Positions 20,966-31,626 are shown, counted from the stretch's first letter. The stretch: DNA of 54,336 bases from an uncultured Clostridia bacterium (GCA_944392445.1 CALXWT010000004.1:1-54336); one strand, 5' to 3'. Program-made: numbers and translations. Notes: generated by a model not told the origin, from the letters alone.

Positions 20966-21916
20966 TTAATCATTTTTATGCTTCATCATATTAATTTGAT
21001 TAACTAATATTTCAAATATTTGTTTATTTTTTTTAACAATTACTTGTAATATAATACTAGTTGTAGTTAGCAATAAACATATTACTAATAATATACATGC
21101 TACTATTAATGTTGGGAATCTTGGTACAAGCCCAGTATTCATATACTCTACAAATACTGGAATTGCTAAGATGGCTGCAATTATAAAAATCAATAAAGAT
21201 ATTATATTAAAGAAAAGTCCTGGCTTGTATTCTTTAAATAAAGTTGCAATCGTTTTTATTACTTTTACTCCATCTTTATACGTATTTAATTTCGATACAC
21301 TTCCTGCTGGTCTATCTCTATATTGCACCGGTATTTCTTTTAAAGTAAAATTCTTATCAATGGCATGTATAGTCATTTCTGTTTCTATTTCAAAACCTTT
21401 TGAAAGCACAGGGTAACTTTTAGCGAATTGATAACTAAATGCTCTATATCCTGTCATTATATCATTTATTTTGCTTCTAAATATTGTGTTTATAGACCAT
21501 CTTACTATTCTATTTCCAAAATTATGAAATGCTCTTTTATTTTCTGTAAAATATGTTGAAGATAATCTATCTCCTATTACCATATCTACATTATCATTAA
21601 GCACATAATTGCACATTTCTCTAGCACTTTCTGCTGGATACGTGTCATCTCCATCTATCATAAGATAGCAGTCAGCTTCTATTTCACGAAACATACTTCT
21701 AATAACATTTCCTTTTCCCTGCTTTCTTTCATATCTTACTATAGCTCCAGCCTTTCTTGCTATCTCATCTGTTCCATCTGTTGAATTATTATCATACACA
21801 TAAATATCTGCTTCTGGTAAAGCATTTTTATAATCTTTTACTACTTTCTCTATTGTTTTACTTTCATTATAACAAGGTATTAGTACTGCAATTTTACTTT
21901 TCATCTTTATCCACAA
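20966..21916 (-). CDS. GT2 polyprenyl-phosphate glycosyltransferase (GtrB/DPM-like)
   Basis: LIPCYNE, DNNSTD, GKG, IDGDDTYP, two C-terminal TM segments. Confidence 0.88.
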   Translation of the reverse strand: MWIKMKSKIAVLIPCYNESKTIEKVVKDYKNALPEADIYVYDNNSTDGTDEIARKAGAIVRYERKQGKGNVIRSMFREIEADCYLMIDGDDTYPAESAREMCNYVLNDNVDMVIGDRLSSTYFTENKRAFHNFGNRIVRWSINTIFRSKINDIMTGYRAFSYQFAKSYPVLSKGFEIETEMTIHAIDKNFTLKEIPVQYRDRPAGSVSKLNTYKDGVKVIKTIATLFKEYKPGLFFNIISLLIFIIAAILAIPVFVEYMNTGLVPRFPTLIVACILLVICLLLTTTSIILQVIVKKNKQIFEILVNQINMMKHKND

Positions 21917-21930
21917 ATTCCTTTCAAAAA

Positions 21931-23895
21931 CTATTTTTCTATTTTTTCTTCTACATTTTTATCTTCTTGCTTTTGTTTTAATATATCAATAAATATTGCT
22001 ACTGTAAGTGGCATTCCAAAAATAAATGATATTGAATATCTATAAGCCGCATTTACTGGCGATAATATACATACTAGTATAATTGATATAAATGGTAGCA
22101 AATAAATGATATATCTATTTTTCTTTGAATATATTAAATAAACAAATATTATCATTATGAGCCATACATTAAATGCAATGTTCATTGTCCATGAAATTCC
22201 AGGGAATTTTGTTATTATTGATGCTATGCCTTTAATGAAATGTCGTTCACCTTGAAGCTCATCAATATATCCATAATCAAAGTTTTCAATTTCATTTATA
22301 TCTTCAATACTGTTAACCATGTAATAGTTATATTGTCTTAAATTTGTTTCTGGGTAGAAATATCCATATACATTATTCATTGTAGCTTGTATATAAGTAG
22401 TTGGATGCTTTAAAAACTGTGCAAACCATACTTTAAAATAATTTATTAAATCTTCTGTAGTTGCATCTTTGTTATAATCTCTTTTTACTGGGTCTGATAA
22501 AAGAGGGTCATATCTTTCTGCTAATGTATCATAGTCCAATATTTTATCTATTATTTGTTTTTCTTCTTCTGTTACTTCGTCCCCATGTTCTTTCACATAT
22601 CTTGCTGTTTGTTGAAATGGAACAGATAGCATTTCTCTAATCCCAGAATTCGGTATTTTAAATAACGGTAATATAACCGATATAATTAACTGATATATAA
22701 TAAGGACTGTGATTGAACTTATTAGTATTTGCTTTCTATTTAATTTATCTATAATTGCAACAAAAGGAAGTGATAATACAATAGCATAAATTCCGTTATT
22801 TCTAAATAAGCATACTAGCAAACTTAAAATTATTATTCCTATGCAACTCTTTATCGTTAATTTTTTATTATTACTGCTTTTTATCAATTCATAAAGTCGA
22901 ATAACATATAATATTATTAAGCTTGCAAAAATAACGTCTTTATTTACTTGTACCGAACATACTGCAATTGTTGGTGATAATGCAAATAAAAGTAGTGAAA
23001 GCACTTTTATCCAATATGGTACTTTTAGTTTTTTCATAAAATTAATAATGTTAGCCAGAGCTATACCTAAAAGTATGTATTGCATTAAGGTAAAAATAAA
23101 TATACCAAAATTAACATTTCCTATTGCCAATCCTAATTTTGCACACAAACCTATTCCAATAGTGTGTAATACAGGATGATGATTTGTAATTTTTACGTTT
23201 TCATCTATTAATTTAGTAGAATTAGAAGCACTCCATTCAGGAATATCATATCCCAAGAATTGTTTAACTTGATTAGACTGATCCGCACCTAATATTCCAG
23301 GATAATATGCTATTAGGTATGGCAACCAGCAAATCAATATAATCACAAGTGGCATAATAAAAGAATGCTTTATAAATATAAAGTTGTATACTTTATTGGT
23401 TGTTTCTTTTAACTTGCTTGTACTTATTTTAGGAAATAAAATATCAAACAAATAATTTATTATTGCCCTAAATAAAATGTAATATCCTATAAAAACAATG
23501 GTTGCCTTAAATAATTGAAATGTATTTTCAAATATCATGTCCCAACTATTTATTTTGTAATAACTATATCCAAATACCATAAAAAATGAAAATAATAATG
23601 CTAAAATTACTTTAAAGACTTTCTTGCCTTGCTTTTCAATATCATCTCTAAAAAAAGCTTTTTTGAAAAACATAATAAGTAAAGCAAATAATAAAAAGCT
23701 TTTGAATATATCTTTGTCTATTGAATAATCAAATTTAAAAAGTAATTTTACAAAATAGTTAGTTTTACTAGTTATTTCGCTAATATCACTATTATTTACA
23801 ATATCTAATTTTAAACTAAAAGCAATTGTTACAAATAGTGCAAGTAAAACTATTATTATTTTTCTACTATTTTCTGTTTTTAACTTTTCTAGCAT
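21931..23895 (-). CDS. Polytopic membrane protein (DUF6020-like), candidate GT-C glycosyltransferase
   Basis: More than ten TMs; YYPG, NHHPVLHT, FRNNG, EMLSVPFQQTAR; adjacent to the GtrB-like gene. GT-C role is inference. Confidence 0.65.
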   Translation of the reverse strand: MLEKLKTENSRKIIIVLLALFVTIAFSLKLDIVNNSDISEITSKTNYFVKLLFKFDYSIDKDIFKSFLLFALLIMFFKKAFFRDDIEKQGKKVFKVILALLFSFFMVFGYSYYKINSWDMIFENTFQLFKATIVFIGYYILFRAIINYLFDILFPKISTSKLKETTNKVYNFIFIKHSFIMPLVIILICWLPYLIAYYPGILGADQSNQVKQFLGYDIPEWSASNSTKLIDENVKITNHHPVLHTIGIGLCAKLGLAIGNVNFGIFIFTLMQYILLGIALANIINFMKKLKVPYWIKVLSLLLFALSPTIAVCSVQVNKDVIFASLIILYVIRLYELIKSSNNKKLTIKSCIGIIILSLLVCLFRNNGIYAIVLSLPFVAIIDKLNRKQILISSITVLIIYQLIISVILPLFKIPNSGIREMLSVPFQQTARYVKEHGDEVTEEEKQIIDKILDYDTLAERYDPLLSDPVKRDYNKDATTEDLINYFKVWFAQFLKHPTTYIQATMNNVYGYFYPETNLRQYNYYMVNSIEDINEIENFDYGYIDELQGERHFIKGIASIITKFPGISWTMNIAFNVWLIMIIFVYLIYSKKNRYIIYLLPFISIILVCILSPVNAAYRYSISFIFGMPLTVAIFIDILKQKQEDKNVEEKIEK

Positions 23896-23941
23896 TTTTA
23901 TGTCTCCTTTGAGTTGTTGTCTTAGCTCTGTTTTATTGTTT

Positions 23942-25075
23942 CTATAACAATTTCCTTACATACTCCACAATTCTCATTGTGTTCTTTGTATCTGCTGTTT
24001 GTACATATTTTTCTTTAAATCTTCTTAATTCTTCATAATCATATTTATCATTTTCTATTTTATCTATAATATCATTTATTTGCGTGAAAGTACTATTTTT
24101 CATTTCTTCTTGTAAATTTATGTTTAGTCCTCGTGTGTCTTTGTATTCATCTATATCATATAAATAGAAAAATAATGGTTTGTCCAATGTAGCTGCTTCA
24201 AATGCCACTGCAGAATAGTCTGTAATTACATAATCAGCAACTTTTATCAATTCTGATGTAGAATATTTCTTATCAATTATGTAATCATTTCCTACCTCAT
24301 TTTTATCTAACGGATGTAAACGTATTATTAGATTGTATTTTTCTACATCAACACTATTTATTATTTTATTTACATCTGTTACTTTATCTTTTCTAAATGT
24401 TGGTACATATACGATGTTTTTCTTTTCTTTTAGCTTTGGATATTCCTCATAAAGTTTATCTATTTTTTGATTTATTTCATTGTTTTTTTCTAAAATGTAA
24501 TCTATTCTAGGCATTCCTAACACTTTTATTTTTTCTATATCCGTATTAAAAGCTTCAGAAAATATTTTTCTTGTTGCTTCACTTGTACAAGTTACCATAT
24601 TATAATTTGCATGCATCTTCATTATTTTTGCTATTTTTTCATTGCTTCCCTCTTCTTTTCCCAACACTTGATATCCAAATTTCTTTATTGCTCCCATTGC
24701 ATGCCAAATTTGAATTATTTCCAAATTTCTTTTATGTTTTAATGCACTTATTGCTATATTATATCCATCTATGATACATATTTTTGAGGTAGCTATATGA
24801 TACAAGCATTTTATCATATAAAAGCAATATTTTATTTTACCAAAAAATGTTTTTGGAATCATTTTGCATAAAATTTTAATTTCTATGTTAGTATTGTTGT
24901 CTTTTGACATTTCTATTTCTTCCTTAAGTAGCCTAAAGTCAAGGTTTATATTGTTTGATTGTCTACTAAGCATTGTTACTTTATTTTTTTGTCTTGCAAA
25001 TAGTTTTATAAAAAAATATATAATATTTAAACCTATTTTTGCTATATAAAGTATTGGTATTAGTATAAGATTCAT
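23942..25075 (-). CDS. TagB-like CDP-glycerol glycerophosphotransferase (primase type)
   Basis: QIWHAMGAIKKFG, GMPRID, YVPTFR, ITDYS. Confidence 0.85.
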   Translation of the reverse strand: MNLILIPILYIAKIGLNIIYFFIKLFARQKNKVTMLSRQSNNINLDFRLLKEEIEMSKDNNTNIEIKILCKMIPKTFFGKIKYCFYMIKCLYHIATSKICIIDGYNIAISALKHKRNLEIIQIWHAMGAIKKFGYQVLGKEEGSNEKIAKIMKMHANYNMVTCTSEATRKIFSEAFNTDIEKIKVLGMPRIDYILEKNNEINQKIDKLYEEYPKLKEKKNIVYVPTFRKDKVTDVNKIINSVDVEKYNLIIRLHPLDKNEVGNDYIIDKKYSTSELIKVADYVITDYSAVAFEAATLDKPLFFYLYDIDEYKDTRGLNINLQEEMKNSTFTQINDIIDKIENDKYDYEELRRFKEKYVQTADTKNTMRIVEYVRKLL

Positions 25076-25145
25076 TATTACTATATTCCCTTCTTTTTAT
25101 GTTGAATTAGGCAGATTTATTCTTGTTCTACTAAATAGAATAACT

Positions 25146-26000
25146 TTATCTCCTTTTTCTTCTTTGAATATGGTATGCTACTTCTTCTAATATACAATCT
25201 GGCACAACTTTAGAAAAAAATCTAACACTTTTATTTAATATTCCTGGTACTATTATTAATTTTCCTTTTAAAGCTTTATCTATTCCATATTTTGCCACTT
25301 TTTCACTAGGCATACTTGGAGCTTTGAATACCACATTTGCTACATTATTAAAGTTTGTATCTACAGGTCCTGGACATAAAATACTTATTTTAACTTTAGA
25401 TTTTTCTTTCTTTAATTCTTTGTTTATAGCTCTTGACAATCTTATTACATAAGCCTTTGATGCATAATATGTTGCCATAAGTGGACCTGGCTCCATTCCA
25501 GCTATTGATGCAACATTTAATATATGTCCACTATTTCTTTTTATCATATCCTTCAAATATAGTTTTGTTAAGATGTGCAATGCAGTTATATTTGTATTTA
25601 TTAAATTTATTTCTTTTTCTAAATCTGTTTTGCTAAATTCACCAAACACACCAAATCCTGCATTATTTACAAGTAAATCCACTTGTATGTTTTTTGTTTC
25701 TTCGTAAATTTCCATACAGTTTTCTTTATTGCTTAAGTCTTTTGAGATTACTATTATCTCTTGCTTTTCCTTGTTCTTTTCTTCGTAGTTACTATTATTA
25801 CTATTGTTATTATTAGACTTGTTATCTTTTTTTATACTATTCTTGTTTACATTTACACTATCTTTTTCTAAGTTACTTTTTAATTCTTCTAACTTAGTTT
25901 TATCTCTGGCTACAATTATTAAGCTATAGCCTAATTTATACAAATATCTTGCGACATCTCTTCCTATTCCAGAAGATGCTCCTGTAACTAAAGCCCACAT
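25146..26000 (-). CDS. Short-chain dehydrogenase/reductase
   Basis: TGASSGIG, NNAG, YYASK; Asn-rich insertion. Confidence 0.9.
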   Translation of the reverse strand: MWALVTGASSGIGRDVARYLYKLGYSLIIVARDKTKLEELKSNLEKDSVNVNKNSIKKDNKSNNNNSNNSNYEEKNKEKQEIIVISKDLSNKENCMEIYEETKNIQVDLLVNNAGFGVFGEFSKTDLEKEINLINTNITALHILTKLYLKDMIKRNSGHILNVASIAGMEPGPLMATYYASKAYVIRLSRAINKELKKEKSKVKISILCPGPVDTNFNNVANVVFKAPSMPSEKVAKYGIDKALKGKLIIVPGILNKSVRFFSKVVPDCILEEVAYHIQRRKRR

Positions 26001-26345
26001 TTTTTAACCTCTTTATATTTTATTATTTATTGTTATAAAGCAAAAACTGTTATTCTGCCCTTTTTAGCTTTTATTAACATTTCTAAAGCACATTATTATA
26101 ATATAATGTACAAAAAAATTAAAATTTATACAAACTATATCATATTTCTATTTATTTATCAATACATATCTTAATATAGCTCATACCCTAAATAAGGTTA
26201 AGTTCTTATAAAATTCATATTTCGTCTAAAATCTTGTGTTTTTTTGTCAATTACTGTATAATATTAGTGTTAACTATTGAAGATTTTTCAGCTTAATTTT
26301 ATAGAGTTTATGAACAATATACTTAAAGGAGAAATAAATATTTTT

Positions 26346-27476
26346 ATGAAAATATTAATTGTTATAGATCAATTTGATAATTCTAATAATGGTACAACAG
26401 TTTCTGCAAGAAGGTTTGTAAAAGGTCTGCAAGATGCTGGTAACGAAGTTTATGTTATAAGTACAGGCGATAAAAAAGATGAGTACAAATTTAATTTAAA
26501 GGAGCTTCCTTTGCCTCCAGGTATATCTCATCTTATAAAGTCTCAGGGGATGAGTTTTGCTATTCCTAATACAGAACTTTTGGAAAAGGCAATTTCTAGT
26601 GTTGATGTAGTGCATTTTTATATGCCTTTTTGGTTATCTAAAGTTGGACTTAAAATTTGTGAAAAGCTAAATATTCCACATACAACAGCCTTTCACGTTC
26701 AACCAGAAAATATTACCTATTCTATTGGACTTGGTACTAAAACCAAAGTTAATGATATGATTTATTCTCATTATAGAGATTCATTTTTTAACAAGTTTAA
26801 TCATATACATTGTCCAAGTGAGTTTATAGCAAATGAATTAAGAGCACATGGATATACTGCTAAGCTCCACGTTATTTCTAATGGTGTAGATGACGATTTT
26901 AAATATTATAATAAGAAAAAATTACCAGAATTTAAAGATAAATTTGTGATTACAATGATAGGAAGGTACTCTAAAGAAAAAAGACAAGATGTTTTAATTG
27001 ATGCTATTCTAAAATCTAAATATTCAAATAAAATTCAACTAGTGCTTGCTGGGAAAGGTCCTGAGGAAGAGAAATATAGAAAATTAGGTGAAAAGCTTCC
27101 AATATCACCTATAATGCAGTTTTACGATAAAGAAAATTTAATAAAATTACTTACATCTACAGATTTATATGTTCATAGTGCAGATGCTGAAATTGAAGCT
27201 ATCTCTTGTATTGAAGCATTTGCTTGTGGTAATGTTCCAATAATTGCTAATAGTAAAAATTCTGCTACAAAGCAATTTGCATTAGTGCCGGAGAGCTTAT
27301 TTAAAGCTGGGGATAGCAGTGATTTAGCAAATAAAATAGATTTTTGGATTGATAATGAAACATATAGAAAAGAGATGGAAATAAAATATTCTCAAAGTGC
27401 TGAAAAATACAGATTAAAAGATAGTATAAAGAAAATGGAGGAGATGTTTGAAGATGCAATTAGAGAATGTAAATAA
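26346..27476 (+). CDS. GT4 glycosyltransferase (glycolipid synthase-like)
   Basis: Start at ATG 26346 (RBS AAAGGAG); ISNGV, IGRYSKEKRQ, EIEAISCIEA. Confidence 0.85.
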   Translation: MKILIVIDQFDNSNNGTTVSARRFVKGLQDAGNEVYVISTGDKKDEYKFNLKELPLPPGISHLIKSQGMSFAIPNTELLEKAISSVDVVHFYMPFWLSKVGLKICEKLNIPHTTAFHVQPENITYSIGLGTKTKVNDMIYSHYRDSFFNKFNHIHCPSEFIANELRAHGYTAKLHVISNGVDDDFKYYNKKKLPEFKDKFVITMIGRYSKEKRQDVLIDAILKSKYSNKIQLVLAGKGPEEEKYRKLGEKLPISPIMQFYDKENLIKLLTSTDLYVHSADAEIEAISCIEAFACGNVPIIANSKNSATKQFALVPESLFKAGDSSDLANKIDFWIDNETYRKEMEIKYSQSAEKYRLKDSIKKMEEMFEDAIRECK

Positions 27477-28209
27477 AAAGGAAGAAGAAAATATTCCCGA
27501 AGATTCACACGTATTGCATTTCTGGCAACCTTGTAAATTTGAAATTGATGAGGATTTTGATTTCGTAAATGATAATTTTATATTTAATACTTTTTCTGAC
27601 TTACTTTACCTTATCGCTTATCCTCTTTTAACTATTATTAATAAATTCTTTTTTGGATTTAAAATAGAAGGTAAAGAAAATTTAGAAAACATTGACTGTG
27701 GTAAAGTTACAGTTTCCAACCACGTTCACCCAATGGATTGTACAATGGTTGGTCTTGCAAATGCGCCAAAGAAAACTTTTTATACTTCATTAGAAAACAA
27801 CTTTAAAATACCAGTGGTACGTAAAATTATAAAATTGCTAAATACAGTTCCAATTCCTAATGATATTAAATATACTAAAAATTTTATGAATTCGATAGAC
27901 AATCTTTTAAAAGACATTAAAACTGTACACTTTTATCCTGAAGGCTCATTATGGCCATATTATACTAAAATAAGACATTTTAAAAATGGAGCATTTGATT
28001 TTGCAGTAAGAAATAATGTTCCTGTTGTGCCAATGGTTTTTAAATTTAATAAATCTAAAAAAATATCTAACATTATAAAAACCAGAACTACAATTACTTT
28101 AGTTATAAAAGAGCCTATTTACCCTAACAAATTGCTTTCTAAAAAAGAATCAATCTTAGATTTAAAAGAAAGAGTTTACAACACTATGCGTGAGGAAATT
28201 GCAGAATAA
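27454..28209 (+). CDS. Lysophospholipid acyltransferase (PlsC-like)
   Basis: NHVHPMD (HX4D) and FYPEG motifs; RBS GGAGGAG before ATG 27454. Confidence 0.88.
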   Translation: MQLENVNKKEEENIPEDSHVLHFWQPCKFEIDEDFDFVNDNFIFNTFSDLLYLIAYPLLTIINKFFFGFKIEGKENLENIDCGKVTVSNHVHPMDCTMVGLANAPKKTFYTSLENNFKIPVVRKIIKLLNTVPIPNDIKYTKNFMNSIDNLLKDIKTVHFYPEGSLWPYYTKIRHFKNGAFDFAVRNNVPVVPMVFKFNKSKKISNIIKTRTTITLVIKEPIYPNKLLSKKESILDLKERVYNTMREEIAE

Positions 28210-28256
28210 CGGATTTATTTTTGTAAATATTGTAAAAAATAAATCCGTTATTCTGC
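28201..28256. terminator. Long perfect hairpin overlapping the acyltransferase stop codon
   Basis: 22-bp arms GCAGAATAACGGATTTATTTTT / AAAAATAAATCCGTTATTCTGC. Confidence 0.7.
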
Positions 28257-28381
28257 GAAAATCTAAATAGCATTTGATATCTTGCAGTTTTATGTAATCT
28301 ATGATATACTATTGCAAGTTGGTAAAAATACCACTTTATATATAACAAATAAGCAAATGCTTGAAGTTAGGAGGAATTTAC

Positions 28382-28789
28382 ATGTTTCATTTTTTCACAT
28401 ACTGTATAAACAAATATGCTAGGAGGTATAAATTCACCATGTTAATGAGAGTGATTACTCAAAAATGTCCATGTGGTTATGTTTTTTCTGAAAAGAGGTT
28501 AATCCGGAAACAAGTTATCCCTAAAAAGTCTTTTTTAGTAAAGCATCCAATATATGGTTATTGTGGCATTGGTATCCCTCGAAGGGATGAAATAGTTAAA
28601 CGTAAAGTGTTAGATGGAGACAAGGAATTTTTATTGTTTCCTGTTCTCACTAAACCTTATTATAACTATGAATCCATGTTCAGCCTAAAAGAAAGTTATA
28701 ATCTTTTAGTTTGTCCTAAATGCGGAACAGTATTGTTTCCTAAAATTGCAATGACAGTGGAAGATACAGTTGTGAAAGATGATGATTGA
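28382..28789 (+). CDS. Hypothetical protein with split zinc-ribbon motif
   Basis: CPCG...CPKCG; two candidate starts with RBS (28382, 28439). Confidence 0.6.
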   Translation: MFHFFTYCINKYARRYKFTMLMRVITQKCPCGYVFSEKRLIRKQVIPKKSFLVKHPIYGYCGIGIPRRDEIVKRKVLDGDKEFLLFPVLTKPYYNYESMFSLKESYNLLVCPKCGTVLFPKIAMTVEDTVVKDDD

Positions 28790-28809
28790 TAATGAACTCT
28801 TAAATCACA

Positions 28810-28843
28810 CAAAAGGCAGAAAGTTTTCACTTTCTGCCTTTTG
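28810..28843. terminator. Bidirectional terminator
   Basis: CAAAAGGCAGAAAG..CTTTCTGCCTTTTG between convergent genes. Confidence 0.8.
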
Positions 28844-28895
28844 TATATAGAATCGTCTTTTATGTTTTTTAATTTATTAGTCATTATTCTAGTTA

Positions 28896-29312
28896 TTATT
28901 CAATATCAATATATTTCTTTTCTTCTATTTTTTCTTGTTTTTCTTTTGGCAATGTTAGTTTTAATGTACCATTTTTAAAGCTTGCTTTGATGTCTTCTTC
29001 TGTAATATTGTCTCCTACATAGAAGCTTCTTGAACATTCTCCAACATATCTTTCTTTATGAACATATTTGCTGTCTTTTTCATCATCAACTGTTTTATTC
29101 ATACTTGCGTGTACTGTTAAGTATCCATCTGAAAGTTCAATTTTTATATTTTCTTTTTCATATCCTGGTAAATCTACTTCTAATTCATAGTGGTCATTTT
29201 TTTCTTTAATATCTGTTCTCATTAATTTGTTTTCACCTCTTGTGAAAAATGGGTCATTAAACATCTCGTCAAATAAATCGAATTCGTTTTTTCTTCTTGG
29301 TATCATCATCAT
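28896..29312 (-). CDS. Hsp20/alpha-crystallin small heat-shock protein
   Basis: MRTDIKE, DLPG, ERYVGECSRSF, ASFKNGTLKLTLPK. Confidence 0.93.
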   Translation of the reverse strand: MMMIPRRKNEFDLFDEMFNDPFFTRGENKLMRTDIKEKNDHYELEVDLPGYEKENIKIELSDGYLTVHASMNKTVDDEKDSKYVHKERYVGECSRSFYVGDNITEEDIKASFKNGTLKLTLPKEKQEKIEEKKYIDIE

Positions 29313-29423
29313 AACAATCAACTTCCTTTCTTTATTTTTTTATGTGTTGACACCTTTATCATAAGGTTTATATTCTGTAAAAAGTATCTTTTTCTTTTTA
29401 CATATATTATTATATACCTGTTT

Positions 29424-29450
29424 TTAGCAAAGTCAAGGTTAGAGTGCTAA
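29424..29450 (-). promoter_or_regulatory. CIRCE-like HrcA operator upstream of hsp20
   Basis: TTAGCAAAG-N9-GAGTGCTAA versus consensus TTAGCACTC-N9-GAGTGCTAA; overlaps a minus-strand TTGACT -35. Confidence 0.8.
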
Positions 29451-29526
29451 AGTTCACACAATTTTCACATTTTTCCACGAACGTTGATTTTTCAGGTGTT
29501 TTCGGTGTTTTTATTATTGTATTTTG

Positions 29527-30285
29527 TTAAAACATTATAATTCCCCCATTTTTCTTAAGCCATTTATTTATTTCATCATAATTTGGTATATATTTTTTTA
29601 CTAAATTATAGAAGTCTTTGCTATGGTTTGGATGTACTATATGGCATAGTTCATGTACAATTATTGCATCTATTTTATCTTCTGGAAGCATTATTAGTCT
29701 AGAAGAAAAGTGCAATACTTTAGTTTTAGGAATGCAACTTCCAAATTTGCTGGTTGCATCATTTACTTTAAACTCTTTATATGGAATTTGGGTAATTTTG
29801 CTCCAGTATGTTACTTTGTTTTCAAGCAGAATTTCTGTGTTGTATTTTAAAAGTTTCTTTATTCCTTTATCTATATATTGCTTTTTTTCCTCTTCGCTAA
29901 AGCTATTTAATTCTTTTGGATATGTTATATTTAATACCTTATTGTTTGTATCAATGTTTAGCTGTATTCTCATAGATTTTTGGTTATTATCAATACTATT
30001 AACTACTACCTTGTATTCTTCCCCTTTAAAGTAAAAAGTTTCGCCTGTAGTCCAGGTTTTTGTTTTTCTTTCTTTTGTTGAAATTAGCTTCATATATCTG
30101 CTATATACATATTCTTCATTTTCTTTTACAAATTCTAAGGCTTTTTTTATACTTACATACTTAGGCTTACTTATATATAGAGTTTCTGCTTTAAAATACA
30201 TTTTTAAATATTTAGAGGTTTTAAAGCTTCGTATAACTATTGGAATATTTGTGTTTTTTATTGTTATATATTGTGTTGCTTTCAT
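29527..30285 (-). CDS. YgjP/DUF45-like zinc metalloprotein
   Basis: SKFGSC, IVHELCH..HPNHSKDFY (HExxH). Confidence 0.85.
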   Translation of the reverse strand: MKATQYITIKNTNIPIVIRSFKTSKYLKMYFKAETLYISKPKYVSIKKALEFVKENEEYVYSRYMKLISTKERKTKTWTTGETFYFKGEEYKVVVNSIDNNQKSMRIQLNIDTNNKVLNITYPKELNSFSEEEKKQYIDKGIKKLLKYNTEILLENKVTYWSKITQIPYKEFKVNDATSKFGSCIPKTKVLHFSSRLIMLPEDKIDAIIVHELCHIVHPNHSKDFYNLVKKYIPNYDEINKWLKKNGGIIMF

Positions 30286-30392
30286 TTTATATTTAGATGT
30301 GCTCCTATCTTTTATTGTATGAGAAAAATCGACTTGCTTAATGTTTTTCCCATATATACTTTATTTTGTGCTTAAACTATATACACGTTGCT

Positions 30393-31559
30393 TTAAATAT
30401 ATGAATGCTCTGGCTTTATTACTGCATGATATTTATTATTCTTGTTATGTAATTCATTTTGTATTGTTTGTATTGTTGCATCTACATCAATTTTTTCATC
30501 TGTTGGAATAACCAAATCAAATATTAAATTTATTCTTTCTCCTCCATCTGTCATTCTAAAATCGTGAATAGAGAACTTTTCATTTATACTTTTTACTATA
30601 TTTTCTGTTTCTTTTCGCATTTGGTTTATTTCTTCATTGTCAACCACTATTGGGTCCATGTGTATAGTTGTAATGCAACCAAACTTTTCAAAAATATCTT
30701 GCTCCATCTGGTCTATAATATCGTGTGCTCTGCAGATATCGGAATTAGCAGGCACTTCAGCGTGGAATGATACAATTTTTCTGCCTGGTCCATAGTCGTG
30801 TACCATAATATCGTGTATTCCCTGTATTGTTTCATATTTTGTTGCAAATTTTTCTATTTCTTTAACAAACTCTGGGTCTGGTTTCATTCCTAGTAACAAA
30901 TCTATTATTTCTTTTACAGCCTTAAAACCTGTTATTAGTATGAATGCTGAAACTAGTAAACTTACATAACCATCTATTGAAATGCCTATAAATCTTGCTA
31001 TTACTGTTGAGATTAATACTGCGAAAGTAGAAATAGAATCAGATATACTGTCATAGGCATTTCCTTTTATTGCAGCAGATGAAATAGTTTTGGCTATTTT
31101 GTTATAAAATGCAAATAGCCATAGTTTTACTAAAATAGCTACGACTAATAATATAATTGTTATGTTGTTTACGTTAGGTAATTCAGGGGTTATTATCTTT
31201 TCTATTGAGCTTTGTAGCAATTCAAAACCTACTAATATAATTAAAATATCTACAATAAATGCACTTATGTATTCCATTCTGCCGTGTCCCCAAGGGTGGT
31301 CACTATCTACTTTCTTCTGCGACATTTTAAATCCTATCATAGTTACAACTGATGAGCCTGCATCTGATATATTATTTAAACCATCTGATATAATTGCCAT
31401 TGAATTTGCAAATACACCAATAACTAGTTTAAATATTGATAATAGTATATTTACTATTATCCCAGTAATGCTTGAAAGCATTCCGTATTTTTCTCTTACT
31501 TCTACATTTTGCACGTTATCTTTGTCTTTTATAAATAATTTTATTAGCAAATTTGTCAT
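30393..31559 (-). CDS. Cation diffusion facilitator transporter
   Basis: SDGLNNISD, HPWGHGRMEY, HDYGPG. Confidence 0.92.
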   Translation of the reverse strand: MTNLLIKLFIKDKDNVQNVEVREKYGMLSSITGIIVNILLSIFKLVIGVFANSMAIISDGLNNISDAGSSVVTMIGFKMSQKKVDSDHPWGHGRMEYISAFIVDILIILVGFELLQSSIEKIITPELPNVNNITIILLVVAILVKLWLFAFYNKIAKTISSAAIKGNAYDSISDSISTFAVLISTVIARFIGISIDGYVSLLVSAFILITGFKAVKEIIDLLLGMKPDPEFVKEIEKFATKYETIQGIHDIMVHDYGPGRKIVSFHAEVPANSDICRAHDIIDQMEQDIFEKFGCITTIHMDPIVVDNEEINQMRKETENIVKSINEKFSIHDFRMTDGGERINLIFDLVIPTDEKIDVDATIQTIQNELHNKNNKYHAVIKPEHSYI

Positions 31560-31626
31560 TTTTGTTTTACTCCTGTTATTTTATATCTTCTTATATTTTA
31601 TTGAAAGAAAGAGAAAATATGTCATA

